Assembly: GCF_009914755.1 (NCBI RefSeq)
Contig: NC_060934.1
Length of the DNA stretch: 64,000 nt
Strand: one strand, 5' to 3'
DNA from: the human T2T-CHM13v2.0 reference genome, Homo sapiens
This document shows, piece after piece, positions 30,228-49,279 of the stretch (the first letter of the stretch is position 1; each line of letters opens with the position of its first letter). Below the pieces are notes generated by a model. It searched no databases and was not told where the DNA came from. It was given only the letters and a program-made list of their open reading frames with translations. Both the position numbers and the translations under genes were made by a program.

Positions 30228-30360
30228 GAGGGTTGGAGAATTACCTGTTGGGTACAATGTTCACTATTTTGGAAGTGAGTATACAAAAAGCCCAAGACTT
30301 CACCACTGCCCAATATATCCATGTAATAAAACTGCACTTGTACCCTCTAATTCTTTAAAA
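30228..30360 (+). mobile_element. L1MA-type 3' end fragment
   Basis: GGGTACAATGTTCACTATT..CAATATATCCATGTAATAAAACTGCACTTGTACCC. Confidence 0.75.
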
Positions 30361-33300
30361 ACAAATTTTCCTGACATGATGCTCATTTACCCTTCCATAT
30401 GAACCTTAGAAGCACGCTAAATTTGAACAGACTGGGGGAGAGATTTGTGGCTAGACATTTAGGGTTGGCTTTCTCATTTAGGAACACTATTATGTTCTTC
30501 CAACTGAACTTTCTTTTATAACCTTCTCTGCATTTTTTATAGTTTTATTCTTAGGTTTTTTGCATCTTTCTGTTTTTTAACAACCTTACTGAGATATCAG
30601 ACTTTAAACCAAACTTCTATCTGGTTATTCCCACTATATAGTAAAGCTATTGCATCCTCAGTATATAAGGATCCAATTGTTTTACTTTCTTTAAAAATCA
30701 AGTAGATTTTTCTGTGATTCTCTTGAAAAATATTCTAGAAAGACTATTATAGCTATAATAATTGTGTCCTATTATTTTAATACCAGTCATATATCATATT
30801 GTCTGTTTCAAATAGGACTGTAGAACAATTATGAAGTCTGTATACCAGCAAGAAGTTAGTGAATATAGTAGAAAAATAATTAAATGTCACTATAGTATTC
30901 ATTGACATTAGGAATAGATAGTATATTTTTGTACACACAGAACAAGAATGTGTATACCTTTAGTGTTCTCCTGGTTTTTGGAAGGAGGGTAATTAAAAAG
31001 CTGTTTAAATACTTGGTTTTTCTGTTTCCTATATGCATGTGACATGACTAGAAGCCAAATTTGCCTGCTATAGCAAAAACCTCTATGGGGCTTTGAGCTG
31101 CTTCTGTCCAAGCCTCGAATATTCAAGAATAATCTTAGCTGCAGTTGCCTCTTGGAAATTTAACAGTATCTTTATCACAACACTCTCTTCTCTCCACCAA
31201 CGTAGGTACCTCCTTTTTTTTTTGAGATGGAGTCTTGCTCCCATCGCGCAGGCTGTAGTGCAGTGTTGCAGTCTTGGCTCGCTGCAACCTCCACCTCCCA
31301 AAGTGCTAGGATAACAGGCATGAGCCACGGTGCCGGCCTGGGTAGCTCCTTTTTACTGTGTTTTACTTTGCTAGGTGACAAATATTGTCGGACATATATT
31401 CATATGCTCATCATCTATTTTCATATTCTCTATTGTGAAGTGCCTATTCAATTTTTTCTGCCAATTTTCTATGGGGGCAATTCTCTGTATATGTTGTGTC
31501 GTATATATTATGCCAAATATATGTAATGTAAATATATATAATGTGTATATATATATCATGTCAAATATATGTCATGTAAATATTTCTCCTGCCCTTTTGC
31601 TTGCCTTCTTTATTTTTTTATTTTTTTTAATTTTTTTGAGACAGAGTTTCTGTCTCCCATGCTGGAGTGCAGTGGCGAGATCTGGGCTTACTGCAACCTC
31701 GGCTCCCGCCTAAGCCTCCCAAGTAGCTGGGACTGCAGGCAGGTGTCCACACCCGGCTCATTTTTGTGTTTTATTGAAGAGACAAGGTCTCACCATGTTG
31801 CCCAAGCTGGTCTCAAATTCCCGACCTCAAGTGATCTAACCACCTCCCAAAGTGCTGGGAGGTGCGCCCAGCCTGCATTTTTTTTTTTTTTTTTTTTTTT
31901 TACTCTGTTGCCCAGGCTGAAGTTCATGATGATAGCCTTGAACTCTCCCATCTCAAGTGATCCTCCTGCTTGCCTTCTTTATTTTTTTATTTTATTTTTT
32001 GGCGGGGATGGAGTTTCTGTCGCCCATGCTGGAGTGCAGTGGTGCAAGCTGTGCTCACTGCAACCTCGGCTTCCCAGGTTCAAGGGATCCTCCCCCCTCA
32101 GCCTTCTGAGCAACTGGGACTACAGGTACATGCCACTATGCCGGGTTTATTTTATTTTTTGTGGAGACTGAGTCTCAGTATGTTGCTCAGGCTGGCCTCG
32201 AACTCTTGGCCTCAAGCAATCCTCTCACCTCTACGTTCCGAAATCCTGGCATTACAAGTGTGAGCTGCGGCACCCAGCCTTTTTTATCTTTTCAATTAGC
32301 AGATTTGGTGTAAGCCATTTTAAAATGCTTTGCCCACTCCTAGGTCATGAAGATGTTTTCTTCTAAAATTCTTCATTGCTTTATTTTTTGTGTTTAGATA
32401 CACATTATAATTCAAGTTGATCAATGTGAGGTAGGGGTCAAGATTCATTTTCTTTCATAAACTTTGGAACAATTGGTCAGTTTACACATACACACACACA
32501 CACACATACACACGAACCTCTGATAGGGTTTTGATTGGGATTGCATTGAATCTAGAGATCAATTTTGGGAAAATTGACGTAATTATAATAATGTCTATTC
32601 CATGAATTTATACTCCTCTGCATATAGTTAGTCCTTTGTTTATTTTAATAATAGTTTTAGTTTCCAGAAGCCTTACGGATTTAATATTTAAGCAGTTTAT
32701 GGAGCTCAGATTTGAATTTAAAGACTCCTAACCATTGTGCTTAATTTTCTATTGTACACTGATGGAAACTTGGAATATCCAGAAAAGGCACAAATATCAT
32801 CAGTAAAAAGCTTTTTAGCATTTCCTATACAAAAACTTTATTAATATAAATTCATTGTTAATTTTGACAACTTGAATATTAACCAAAATAATTTTGGTAC
32901 TATATATATATATAATTTTGCATTTGAGATTATTTGCAAGCACTGTGTTATTATTTGGCTGTAAGAGGACGTATAAATATAGAAAAAATTTTAATATAAA
33001 TAATTGTGTCTAGGGGGAAGGTCCTAAAGCCAACTCTACTCAAGGGATGCCTTGGTAGCAATGATTGTTAACCATCTGGAGTGACAGAAGAAAGTGATAT
33101 TGGGTAACTAACTTCTTAAGAAGTTTCATCTCAAGTTTTGTAATATTATAGCAACAAAAAATTATGCTATTGGTTGCTCCATTCTGGTCACATGGATGGG
33201 CGTTTTCATCATGTCCTGGTTATGTACTGATTAATGTGGTCAATCTCTGCACTTTCTAAATTTTTGATACATGGAGGCAGTTTTAAATGGTTGGATGGTT

Positions 33301-34251
33301 TTATGTGGTGACAACATTTGTATAGAATTTTTTTTTTTTGTAGTTAACACTCAGACCACTGAGCAAATTTTAAATACTGCCGAAGCCTTTTTAACATCCC
33401 AATAATTGGATGCAGTATTAAATAAACAAATAAATATTTACAATTAATTTTTCTATTTTTGCATTCACCAAGTCAAGTAGACCACATTAGTCTTATGAAT
33501 AAAATGCATATAATGCATCCTTCCAATAACATGTAAAAATCATAGAAACCACAGAGGCATTCCTTTGTGTATATTAATTCTCGATAGTAAAATGAGTCAC
33601 CCAAAGGAAAAGCCATAGCATTCCTCAGATGGCCAAAATTCGTTGTCAAGTTTATTTTTAATGTTGAGAGTTCTTGGTTATTTCCATCTAACTACATTAG
33701 ATGGTTTTTTTCCATCGTCTACATTTGTTCCCTTGTGACATTTGTGGAATTTCAGTGCAGTTTTCTACCGGGCCCTCTCTTGTCTGTTGTGCAAACTATA
33801 ACAGCAGTGAAATAAAACACAGACTGCCTTGTACTACTTCTACAAATAATAACCACGTGTCACAGATTTTTGTTCTGCCTGTTGTTTGTTAGTCATATAG
33901 GTTCAGGTACTCTTGTGATGAGTCTCATGGAGGGAACTGTTGAGGCAGTGGAAAGTCCTACAGGGTTTTATCCCTTGAGAAGTAGTAACTTTAAAAAAAC
34001 TAAAATATGGCCGGGCATGGAGGCACATGTCTGTAATCCCAGATCTTTGGGAGGCCAAGGAAGGAGGATTGCTTGAAGCTAGGAGTTTGAGACCAGCCTT
34101 GGTAACATAGTTAGACCCCGTCTGTAGAACAGATTTTATAAATTAAGTAAATAAACTAAAATATAATCATGGAGAACATCAAAAGGAATATCCATTGCAT
34201 TCAAATTTGGCATACTTGTCTTCCATAGATGAATGTATTCTGTTTTTTCAG

Positions 34252-34463
34252 GTTTTAAGAAGAAGCAGTGATGAAGAAAAAGTTCTTTGTTTGGTCCGGC
34301 AGCGTACAGGCCACCACTGTCCAACTGCTGTGATGGTGGTGCTCATCATGGTGTGGGATGGCATCCCTCTTCCAATGGCCGACCGGCTATACACAGAGCT
34401 CACAGAGAATCTAAAGTCATACAATGGGCACCCTACCGACAGAAGATGCACCCTCAATGAAAA
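34252..34463 (+). CDS. TET1: TET1 exon 7 (212 bp)
   Basis: ttttttcag|GTT ... GAAAA|gtaatt; [23 protein letters not shown]...RRCTLNE. Confidence 0.97.
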
Positions 34464-34788
34464 GTAATTAAATCTGTTTTATACTGCCTTACCATTCAGA
34501 TCTCTATTACATATTGGTAAAATTGTTAATTAGCTACCAACTATGTATATTATATGGGAGAATAGGATTTGAGTATTGTGGAATTAAAAAGAATGAACAT
34601 TTCTGTAAAGAGAGAGTCTCTATTTTATAGTGAGTTAAGGTTACTTTAAATCATTCTCCTTTGGAATATTACTTCACTGTGACCAGGTGCAGTGGCTCAT
34701 GCCTGTAATCCCAGCACTTTGGGAGGCCGAGGCAGGAGGATCATGAGGTCAGAAGATCAAGACTATCCTGGCTAATATGTCTCCGCTA

Positions 34789-35067
<279 letters not shown>

Positions 35068-35539
35068 TTAAAAGAATGGTCTTCCACAGGAGTGTCATAT
35101 CATTTTGCATTTCCTCTATTCAATGTAAGAGAATATCTGTTTTTCTGTAGTCTTACCAATGATTATGTTGGCAAATGTGAGTTTTTGCCTATTAAGAGAA
35201 ATGACATCAGTGTAATTTTGACCTGAATTTCTCTTATGAATGAGAGTATTTTTTTCACATGACTAAAAACCATTTGGCTTTTTTTGTTTGTTTGTTTTAA
35301 CCACCTGTTAAATAACCTAGCCCATTTTTGCAGAGAATTCCTCCATTTATCTATTTTCTCTCTGATGGTGCTATTAACTCTTATTCTGTGATATAATTTG
35401 CAAATATTTTTCTCAGTTTGTCTTTTTCCTTTGGCTATGTTATCTCCCACAAAAGGTTTTGTTTTTGATGCAATCAAACATACCCATCTTTTTCCTTATT
35501 TGGATCTGGATGTTGAGTGGTATTTAGGCATGTTTTTCT

Positions 35540-35690
35540 ATGACTTTAAGCAAAGCAACATATAATGAAACCAATATTTTTCTCATCAACGTTGTAGCAA
35601 TATTGAGCGATATTCGGGGAACTGCTCTAGGTGGTTTCACTTATAATCAGTTTCTAACAGCCTGTTGACATCAAGTGAGAAATGACTATA
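35540..35690. mobile_element. MER6-like Tigger MITE fragment
   Basis: GACTTTAAGCAAAGCAACATATAATGAAACCAAT..TTCTCATCAACGTTG resembles a CpG-decayed MER6. Confidence 0.55.
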
Positions 35691-35772
35691 CTTGTTTAAA
35701 ATATAAATTTTTGAAATTTAAATCTCTCATACATTTAATGAATCACTGGTGAATAGTTGTAAGAGGAGATAA

Positions 35773-35910
<138 letters not shown>

Positions 35911-36401
35911 TGAGTAGCTGGGACTACAGGCATGCGCTTTGGGAGGCCGACAAGGGAGGACCACTTAAGGCCAAGAGTTCAAAAGCCAGACCAGGCAACA
36001 TAGTAAGACTCCATCTCTACAAAAATATTTTTTTAAAAAAACTGTTTGGGAATGATGGCATATGCCTGTAGTCCTTAGGTAATTAGGAGGCTGAGGTGGA
36101 AAGATTGCTGTTGCCCAGGAATTTGAGGCTGCAGTGAACTATGATGATGCCACTGAACTCCAACCTGAGCAACATGGCAAAAGGAGAGAGAGAGAGAGAG
36201 AGAGAGAGAGAACTTCATGGGCCTGATGTACTGGCTCATGCCTGATCAAAGCAGGAGGATTTCTTGAAACCAAGAGTTTGAGAACCTATCCCTACACAAA
36301 ATTTTTAAAACCAGGCATAGTGGTGTGTGCCTGTGTTCCTGGCTACTTTGAAAGCTGAGGAGGGAGGATGGCTTGAGGCCAGGAGTTTGCCGTTACAGTG
36401 A

Positions 36402-36749
<348 letters not shown>

Positions 36750-36852
36750 TAGTAGAGACGGGGTTTCACCATGTTAGCCAGGATGGTCTTGATCTCCTGA
36801 CCTCGTGATTCGCCCACCTCGGCCTCCCAAAGTGCTGAGATTACAGGCGTGA

Positions 36853-37183
<331 letters not shown>

Positions 37184-38261
37184 TAGATTCCACAATTGTT
37201 AACACTATGTTACATTTGTTTACGTACACATACAAACACGTTACTGTTGTAGACTTATTTCTTTCTTGATCATTTGAGAGCTAGATGTAGACTTTGTCTT
37301 TTTCCCTAAATAATACTTGAATGTATTTATCCTAAAAATGAGGATTGTTCTCTTGTATATCCCCATATAATGATCAAATTCAGGAAATTTAAATTTGATA
37401 AAATACTGTGATCTCATCTTAGTTCATATTCAAATATCATCCATTTCCCAATAATTTTCCCCTGTCCATGATTGAATGCATTTAGTTATTTTGTCCTTTT
37501 GCTCCCTTAATCCTTTTTGTTTTCTCAGTTTTTGTCTGTCATGACATTGAAATTTTTGAAGCGAAAAGGCTAATTCTATAGACTGTTAATCAATTTTGGT
37601 TTATCTGTTTCTTCCTGACTTAAGTCAGGCTATGAAATACAACCTATAGCCAAAGATGGCTGAAACAAAAGAAAAAATAATTAAAAAGATGAAATATAAC
37701 CTGGACTATTACACTCAGTGCAATTTGTCCCACTATTGGTGTTGTTGACTATTTAAAATAATCTGAGGATGCTCTTCTAGATCTCACAACTTATCACATT
37801 TCCTCTGTGTTTCATTTTTAAAATAATAGTACATAGTAAGTTAAACAACATTTTTCTCTCCTTCCATGTCTTTTTCAATGATATGAATAAATTTCTTATG
37901 TTTCTATTTGTTTGGCAACTTTAATTTATTCTATTCAAAATGTTTTAACCATTTTCATTCCATTTGCATCTCATTTAGTGAATTTCATGGTAGTCTTTCT
38001 TTTATAAGCAATGCTAAGTTACGTATCAGGCATTTTCCAGGCTTTCACAGTGAAAACATAAAAAATAGTTTTTTTCTAAATTTTTATATTATTTTCACTT
38101 TTTCAAAATAATTGGTTTCTTTATTGTTTTATATTTTAATCATTATATAAGTACAATATATACTAAGTTGTAAGCATTATGCAATTTTATTTTTTACTTA
38201 ATTATTCTTTTACTGTTTTTTTTGTTCTTTCTTTCTGGTGGAATTTAAAATCATGCAATCC

Positions 38262-38793
38262 TTTTTTAACTTTCATTTTAGGTTCAGGAGTGCATTTGCA
38301 GGTTTTTTATTTAGGTAAATTCATGTCACAGGGGTTTGTTGTGCAGATTATTTCACCAGCCAGCTACTAAGCTAGTATCCAATGGTTATTTTTTCTGATC
38401 CTCTCTGTCTTCCCACCCTCCATCCTCAAGTAGGCCCCAGTGTCTGTTGTTCCCCTCTTTGGGTCCATGAATTCTCATCACTTAACTCCTACTTATAAGT
38501 GAGAACATGCAATATTTCATCTTTTGTTCCTGTGTTAGTTTGCTAAGGATAGTGGCCTTTAGCTTTATTCATGTTCCCACAAAAGACACGATTATGTTCT
38601 TTTCTGTGGCTGCATACTATTCTGTGGTGTATGTGTACCACATTTTCTTTATCTAATCTGTCATTGATGGGCAATTAGGTTGATTACGTGTCTTTGGTAT
38701 TGTGAATAGCACTGCAGTGAACATTCACATGCATGTGTCTTTATGGTAGAATGATTTATACTCCTTTGGGTATATACCCAGTAATGGGATTGG
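38262..38793 (-). mobile_element. L1 3' end (L1PA/L1PB-type), 5'-truncated
   Basis: CCTACTTATAAGTGAGAACATGC..TTTGCTAAGGATAGTGGCC..TGGGTATATACCCAGTAATGGGATTG. Confidence 0.9.
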
Positions 38794-40111
38794 AAGAGCA
38801 TACAGTTTTATAACTACAAGAAGAATATATGGTACTTTCGTTGTCATTCTTAGCATATAGTTTAGTTTAAGGCTTTATAAATGCCCTAAAAGTTATACAC
38901 TTAAGATTTAATTAAATGTAACCGGTTTTCTGCTCCATTTTTTTCTATTATGCACTTTTTAAAGTTTTTAAAATTCAGAAACTGTTTTGTTTTTGTTTTT
39001 GTTTTTGTTTTTTGAGATGGAGTCTTGCTCTGTCACCCAGGCTGGAGTGCCATGGCACGATCTCAGCTCACTGCAACCTCCGCCTCCTGGGTTCAAGCAA
39101 TTCTCCTGCCACTGTGCCAGGCTATTTTTTGTACTTTTAGTAGAGATGGGGTTTCCCCATGTTGGTCAGGGTGGTCTTGAACTCCTGACCTCATGATCCG
39201 CCCACCTTGGCCTCCCAAGGGCTGGGATTACAGTAGTGAGCCACCACACCTGGCCAAGAAACTGTTTTTATATAAAATATATATTGTTTTTCAATCCTTA
39301 GAAAATTATATCCGTCTCATTTTAGATATAAAGCAGCTGAATTCCAAAGCAGTAATAAAATGTTCTAAATTTTCATTTGTGATATGGAACAAATCCAGGA
39401 TTTAAAACCCAGATTTAAAAACCAGGTTCTGTCCAGGCTCAGTGCCTCACACCCGTAATCCCAGAACTTTGGGAGGGTAGATAACTTGAAGTCAGGAGTT
39501 TGAGACCAGCCTGGCCAACCTGATGAAACCCGTCTCTACTAAAAATAAAAAAATTAGCTGGGCGTGGTGGCGCACACCTGTAATCTCGGCTACTCAGGAG
39601 GCTGAAGCAGCAGAATCGATTGAACTTGGGAGGCAGAGGTTGCAGTGAGCCGAGATTGTGCCACGGCAATCCACCCTTGGTGACAGGGCTAGACCCCATC
39701 TCAAAAAAAAAAAAAAAAAAAAAAAAAACACCAAAAAAAAAAAAAAGAAAAACCCAGGTTCTTTATTTCCCTATCTCAGACATCTCCAAATCAAACAATA
39801 CTGTGAGTACTTTAGATCTGTATAGTTTATTCCCACTTATTTGGATTTGCAATCATGACCAAATATTTCTGCTAAAAATTTGGTTATAATAAAGTATAGT
39901 TAACCCTGGTCCCCTAGTCAGATTTCTTGAAAAAACAAAAGTTAGCTTTTTATTGTTAACATTAAACTATTTTAAATAAGTAATATAATAGATAAGTGTT
40001 ATAACCGGTTCTTTAGGCATCCATCCTTCTAAAGCTATAGAAACCTGAAATGTTCTCTCTGAGGTATTGTAATGCTTCATCAATTCACTCTCTTGAATTA
40101 CAATCTTACAG

Positions 40112-40262
40112 TCGTACCTGTACATGTCAAGGAATTGATCCAGAGACTTGTGGAGCTTCATTCTCTTTTGGCTGTTCATGGAGTATGTACTTTAATGGCT
40201 GTAAGTTTGGTAGAAGCCCAAGCCCCAGAAGATTTAGAATTGATCCAAGCTCTCCCTTACAT
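40112..40262 (+). CDS. TET1: TET1 exon 8 (151 bp)
   Basis: cttacag|T ... CAT|gtaagt; [35 protein letters not shown]...PLH. Confidence 0.97.
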
Positions 40263-41519
40263 GTAAGTGTCCTTCTTTATTCAAATAATTTATTTTTGAA
40301 TTACACATTGAATATGTAAGTGCATTCCTTTAACATTTTTTGAAACACTATAAAAACTAAATATTGAAAAGTAGTAATCAAATAGTAAAATTATATTTCT
40401 ATTATATAAGTAAATAAATTAATTAAGACTCTAAATAAATTAGGTAAAGACTTTAGCTATCTCCCCAAATTCCAATTGTCCCTGGCTTCCTCCTCCTGCT
40501 CTACTACCCCACCCCAGCAAAATCATCATTAAAAGAACCTAGAATTTTATACTCAGCCAAAATAGGAAAAACCCATTTGCCAAAATTTCAAAGACTCAGA
40601 AAGTTTACTACCCACAGACCTACTATGAAAGAATTACTAAAGGACGTAATCCAGAAAGAAGATATATGAAACCGGAACGAATCAGTCCGGGACACGAGGC
40701 CATGGTGAGCAAAGAAATTAGTCGAACTTGGTGTTAAGTTAAATAAGTTCAATACTTATATATTATATTAAATTAAAATAACCTATAAGTATAACTCCAC
40801 ACCTTTATCAGCTCGTGGGTGGGTAGGCAGTGGGAGGGGGTGGGGCACCAATAGGAACTAAGTATTCTAATGTGTTATGCTTTGTTTGTGTAGTGAGGAT
40901 TTATATATTGATTAACTATAAGATTGATATCTTTTAATCTTTGAGCAGTGACCAAGAGTAAAAAACATTTTATATTACAAGCCACTATACACATACATAG
41001 ACATAAGAAAATAATTAGACCTATCTGAAAACAATACTTACCTTTCTTACATGTAACAGCAGTAACATCAAAATATTTAAAAAGTTAATATCAATGTAGT
41101 TATTCTAAGAGTCTATGATACATCATTTTTTTATCAGATTTCTTTCTTTTTCTTTTTTTTTTTTCTTTTTCTTTTTCTTTTTTTTTTTTTTTTTTGAGAC
41201 AGAGTTTCGCTCTTGTTGCCCAGGCTGGAGTACAAAGGTGTGATCTTGGCTCACTGCAACCTCCACTTCCTAGGTTCAAGCAGTTCTCCTGCCTTAGCCT
41301 CCCAAATAGCTGAGATTACAGGCATGCACCACCATCATGCCCAGCTAATTTAGTATTTTTAGTAGAGATGAGGTTTCACCATGTTGGCCAGGCTAATCTC
41401 GAACTCCGGATCTCAGGTGAGATCTGTAGTCCCAGCTACTAAGGAGGCTGAGGTGGGAGGTTGGCTTGAACCAACCAGCTAGGTTTTCTTTCTAAATATT
41501 ATATGATAAAAGTATCTGT

Positions 41520-42377
<858 letters not shown>

Positions 42378-42398
42378 GTGTCTGTTAGTTGATAAACA

Positions 42399-44740
<2,342 letters not shown>

Positions 44741-45647
44741 ATTTTTTGATACGGGGCCTCACTATGTTGCTCTGGCTGGACTCCTGGGCTCAAGGGATTC
44801 TCCTTTCTCAACTCCAAAGCTGGGATTACAGGCATGTGCCACCCTGCCTGGCAATTTTTTTAATTGAGACGGAGTTTCGGTCTTGCCCAGGCTGGAGTGC
44901 AATGGTGTGATCTCGGCTCACTGCAACTCCTGCCTCAGCCTCCCAAGTAGCTGGGATTACAGGCATGTGCCACCACGCCCAGCTAATTTTGTATTTTTAG
45001 TATAGATGGGGTTTCTCCATGTTGGCCAGGCTGGTCTTGAACTCCCCACTTCAGGTGATTCGCCTGCCTTGGCCTCCCAAACTGCTGGGATTACAGGCAT
45101 GAGCCACAATTGCAGACCAGTATTTTTTATTTTTATTTATTTTATTTTATTTTTTGAGAAGGGTTCTCACTCTGTCACCCAGGCAGAGTGAGGAGGGAGG
45201 CCACCCACCTCGGCCTTCCAAAGTCCTGGGATTACAGGCGTGAGCCACCACGCCCAGCCAGAATCAAAGAGTTTTAAGGAGGAGAGTGACATACTTACAC
45301 TTGCCCTTGAATGAGATCCCTCTAGATGCTGTTTGAACAATAGACTAAATGTAACCAAGAGTGGATTTAGCAAGATGAGCCAACCATCTATGAGCACAAT
45401 CCATGGAGGGGATAATGGTCACTTAAATTATATGGGGTGGGGGGTTCATCTTTATCATCAGGCACACTGGAAATTGGACCAGGTTTGTAGAGGGCAGATC
45501 AGTAATTCAGTTTAGATATATTGGTATTGAGATTCCTAAGGGAAATCTACATGGGAATGTCAGGTCAATAATAGGAATCTGAAACTTAAGAAATGGTCTA
45601 AGTGGTAAGTATAGCTGTGGATGAGGATATGATGGTCCTAGAGATTA

Positions 45648-45839
<192 letters not shown>

Positions 45840-46088
45840 TCAAGTGCCTGAGGCAGGAGAATTGCTTGAACCTGAGAGGCAGAGGTTGCAGTGAGCTGAG
45901 ATCGCACCACTGCAAGCCCCCACACACAAAAAAAGAGTGGGAGAAGGAGTTAATCTTGACCACCAATAGGTAAAGATCTGCTAAGTAATTCCCTCTGTAT
46001 CTGACATGCATGTTCATTCTAATGAAATAATTAGAAGGTCAGGATTTTACAATATGAATAATAAACCTGTAATAGTAAAATAATACTA

Positions 46089-46226
<138 letters not shown>

Positions 46227-46269
46227 TTATCCGGGCGTGGTGGCTCATGCTTGTAATTCCAGCTACTCA

Positions 46270-46434
<165 letters not shown>

Positions 46435-46852
46435 CTATGAGTTGCTTCTAGTTGTCTACTTTATTTCAGTGCTTCTACACAATAAATGAGGTAATTTGAG
46501 ATGACCTGTTCCTCAGTAGGACTTGTGACTCTGTGTGGTCCACAACAGAATAAATATTATTACAAAATAGAGTAAAGTGATGTGAGAATATTAAAGAATT
46601 TAAACCTGATGCTGCATACAAAAAGTATAGAATTTACATGTGACTTTTCCAGTGTTCATATCAATAGCAGTACACAAGTGTTAACATTTCTCTGCATTGT
46701 TCCACTTGTAGTAAAACACGGTTACCCAGCCCACTGGATACTTCCAGTGATTGAAGATATAAATAGAATTGTTTTAATGGGTGTTGATTTAAAAGTTTCT
46801 CCCAAATAAACATAATAATTAGTGTATGGGTTTAGCGAGGGCATGTTTTTAA

Positions 46853-47206
<354 letters not shown>

Positions 47207-48597
47207 TAAAAGTAGCCTGATTAACAGACAAATCTATGAATGGATCCTATGGATTTTTTTTGTGTAATCAAGTCAATATAAATCAATAGGAAACCAAAAT
47301 GATTATGAGTCACACTTACGGTTGCTAAGATGGAGGCTTGTCAGAAACCACTAAATAATTGACTTGCTGTGTCTAAATTATTGTGTAGCTTTGGCTTTTA
47401 TAATAATTTGATGCATACCAAAGGTCAATTGATTCATATAATGGTCTCCTTTCTGTGTTAATGGCATCTCCTTCCACCAAATCTCACATGAGCATATGAG
47501 GCGAAAGCCTCACTCACCCTGTTTAGTCCATGTTCTCTATACGTGTTTTTCTTTTTTGAGACAAGATCTGGCTCTGTCACCCAGGCCGGAGTGCAGTGGC
47601 TTGATATCATCTCTTGATCTGCCACTTCAGCCTCCCAGGTTCTAGCAACCTTCCCATCTCAGCCTCCCAAGTAGCTGGGACTGCAAGTATACTCCGTCAC
47701 GGCCAGCTAATTTTTTTTATTTCTTGGAGAGGTGTGGAGTTTCACCAAGTTCCCCAGACTGGTCTCAAATTTGTGAGCTCAAGTGATCTGCCCGCCTCGG
47801 CCTCCCAAAATGTTGGGATTACAGGCGTTAGCCACCATGCTAATAGAGACTCATGTGATAGTTTTCCTTTGAAAAAATCTGATGTCTCTATCAGTAGCAA
47901 TCCAGATTTCTTGAGTGTTAATGGTCCTCATAGTCCTTCAAAGTCTTCTTCAATTTGTAGTTATTATGGTGTAGAAAAGAGAACTATAGACAACCACTTG
48001 CCCACTTACTTCCTTTGATCTGCAGGCATTTACTAAACCTCTCAGTTATCCTGACCTTGCTCTTTCGTAGAGATCATGCGTAATATTCCTGTTTCATGGG
48101 CCATAAGGACATGTGTTTAATTCATAAGGACATATGGATTCCATTTGAAACAGGATCTCACACAGAGTAGGTGTTTTATGTATGTACTCTCTCTTCTCCG
48201 TTATAGGAACTTGTTACATTGTAACCAAGTTACTTGCCATTTCCCCTTGCCAGCAAGAACGTTGTTTTCATTTATTCCAAGTGTGCAATACTATTGAATA
48301 AATATAAAACATAGCTCTCATTTTTCACAACATGAACAGTATTGTAATTTATCTCTAACACTATTTAAATTTCTAATTAACTTAGAATTTTCATTTCAAA
48401 AGACTTCATTAAAGCATAACAATGTCTAATAGTTTAGATGGAGAAAAGAAGCAGTGTAATTTTCTGTGGTAGCTATTTTATCAGGATAAGTATGAATTGT
48501 GCATTAACCACCATCAGCCATGATTTATGATTCAGTTGTACCTTAAACACATGAAGGTGCGATTATAAAATACCTAATGGATTCTGTTTTCCTATAG

Positions 48598-48687
48598 GAA
48601 AAAAACCTTGAAGATAACTTACAGAGTTTGGCTACACGATTAGCTCCAATTTATAAGCAGTATGCTCCAGTAGCTTACCAAAATCAG
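48598..48687 (+). CDS. TET1: TET1 exon 9 (90 bp)
   Basis: cctatag|GAA ... CAG|gtatgt; EKNLEDNLQSLATRLAPIYKQYAPVAYQNQ (too short for the ORF track). Confidence 0.96.
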
Positions 48688-49060
48688 GTATGTATTGGTA
48701 TGAACTTTTTATTTATTTATTAATTTGAGGTGGGGTCTTGCTTTGTTGCCCAGGCAGCAGTACAGTGGCATGATCAAAGCTTACTACAAACTCCTAAGCT
48801 CAAGCAATGCTCCTGCCTCACCCTCCAAAAATGCTGGGATTACAGATATGCCAGACTGTTTTATATCTTAAAAAGTCATTGTTGGCCAAGCTCGTTAGCT
48901 CACGCCTGTAATCCCAGAACTTTGGGAGGCCAAGGCAGTCGGATCACCTGAGGTCAGGAGTTCAAGAATAGCCTGGCCCACATGGTGAAACCCCATCTCA
49001 ACTAAAAATACAAAAATTAGCTGGGTGTGGTGGGTGTGCACCTGTAGTCCCAGCTAATCA

Positions 49061-49279
<219 letters not shown>

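Noticed and set aside
33701-33892. Non-Alu 63-aa ORF upstream of exon 7 as an in-frame cassette exon
   Set aside because: Poor acceptor and no credible donor.
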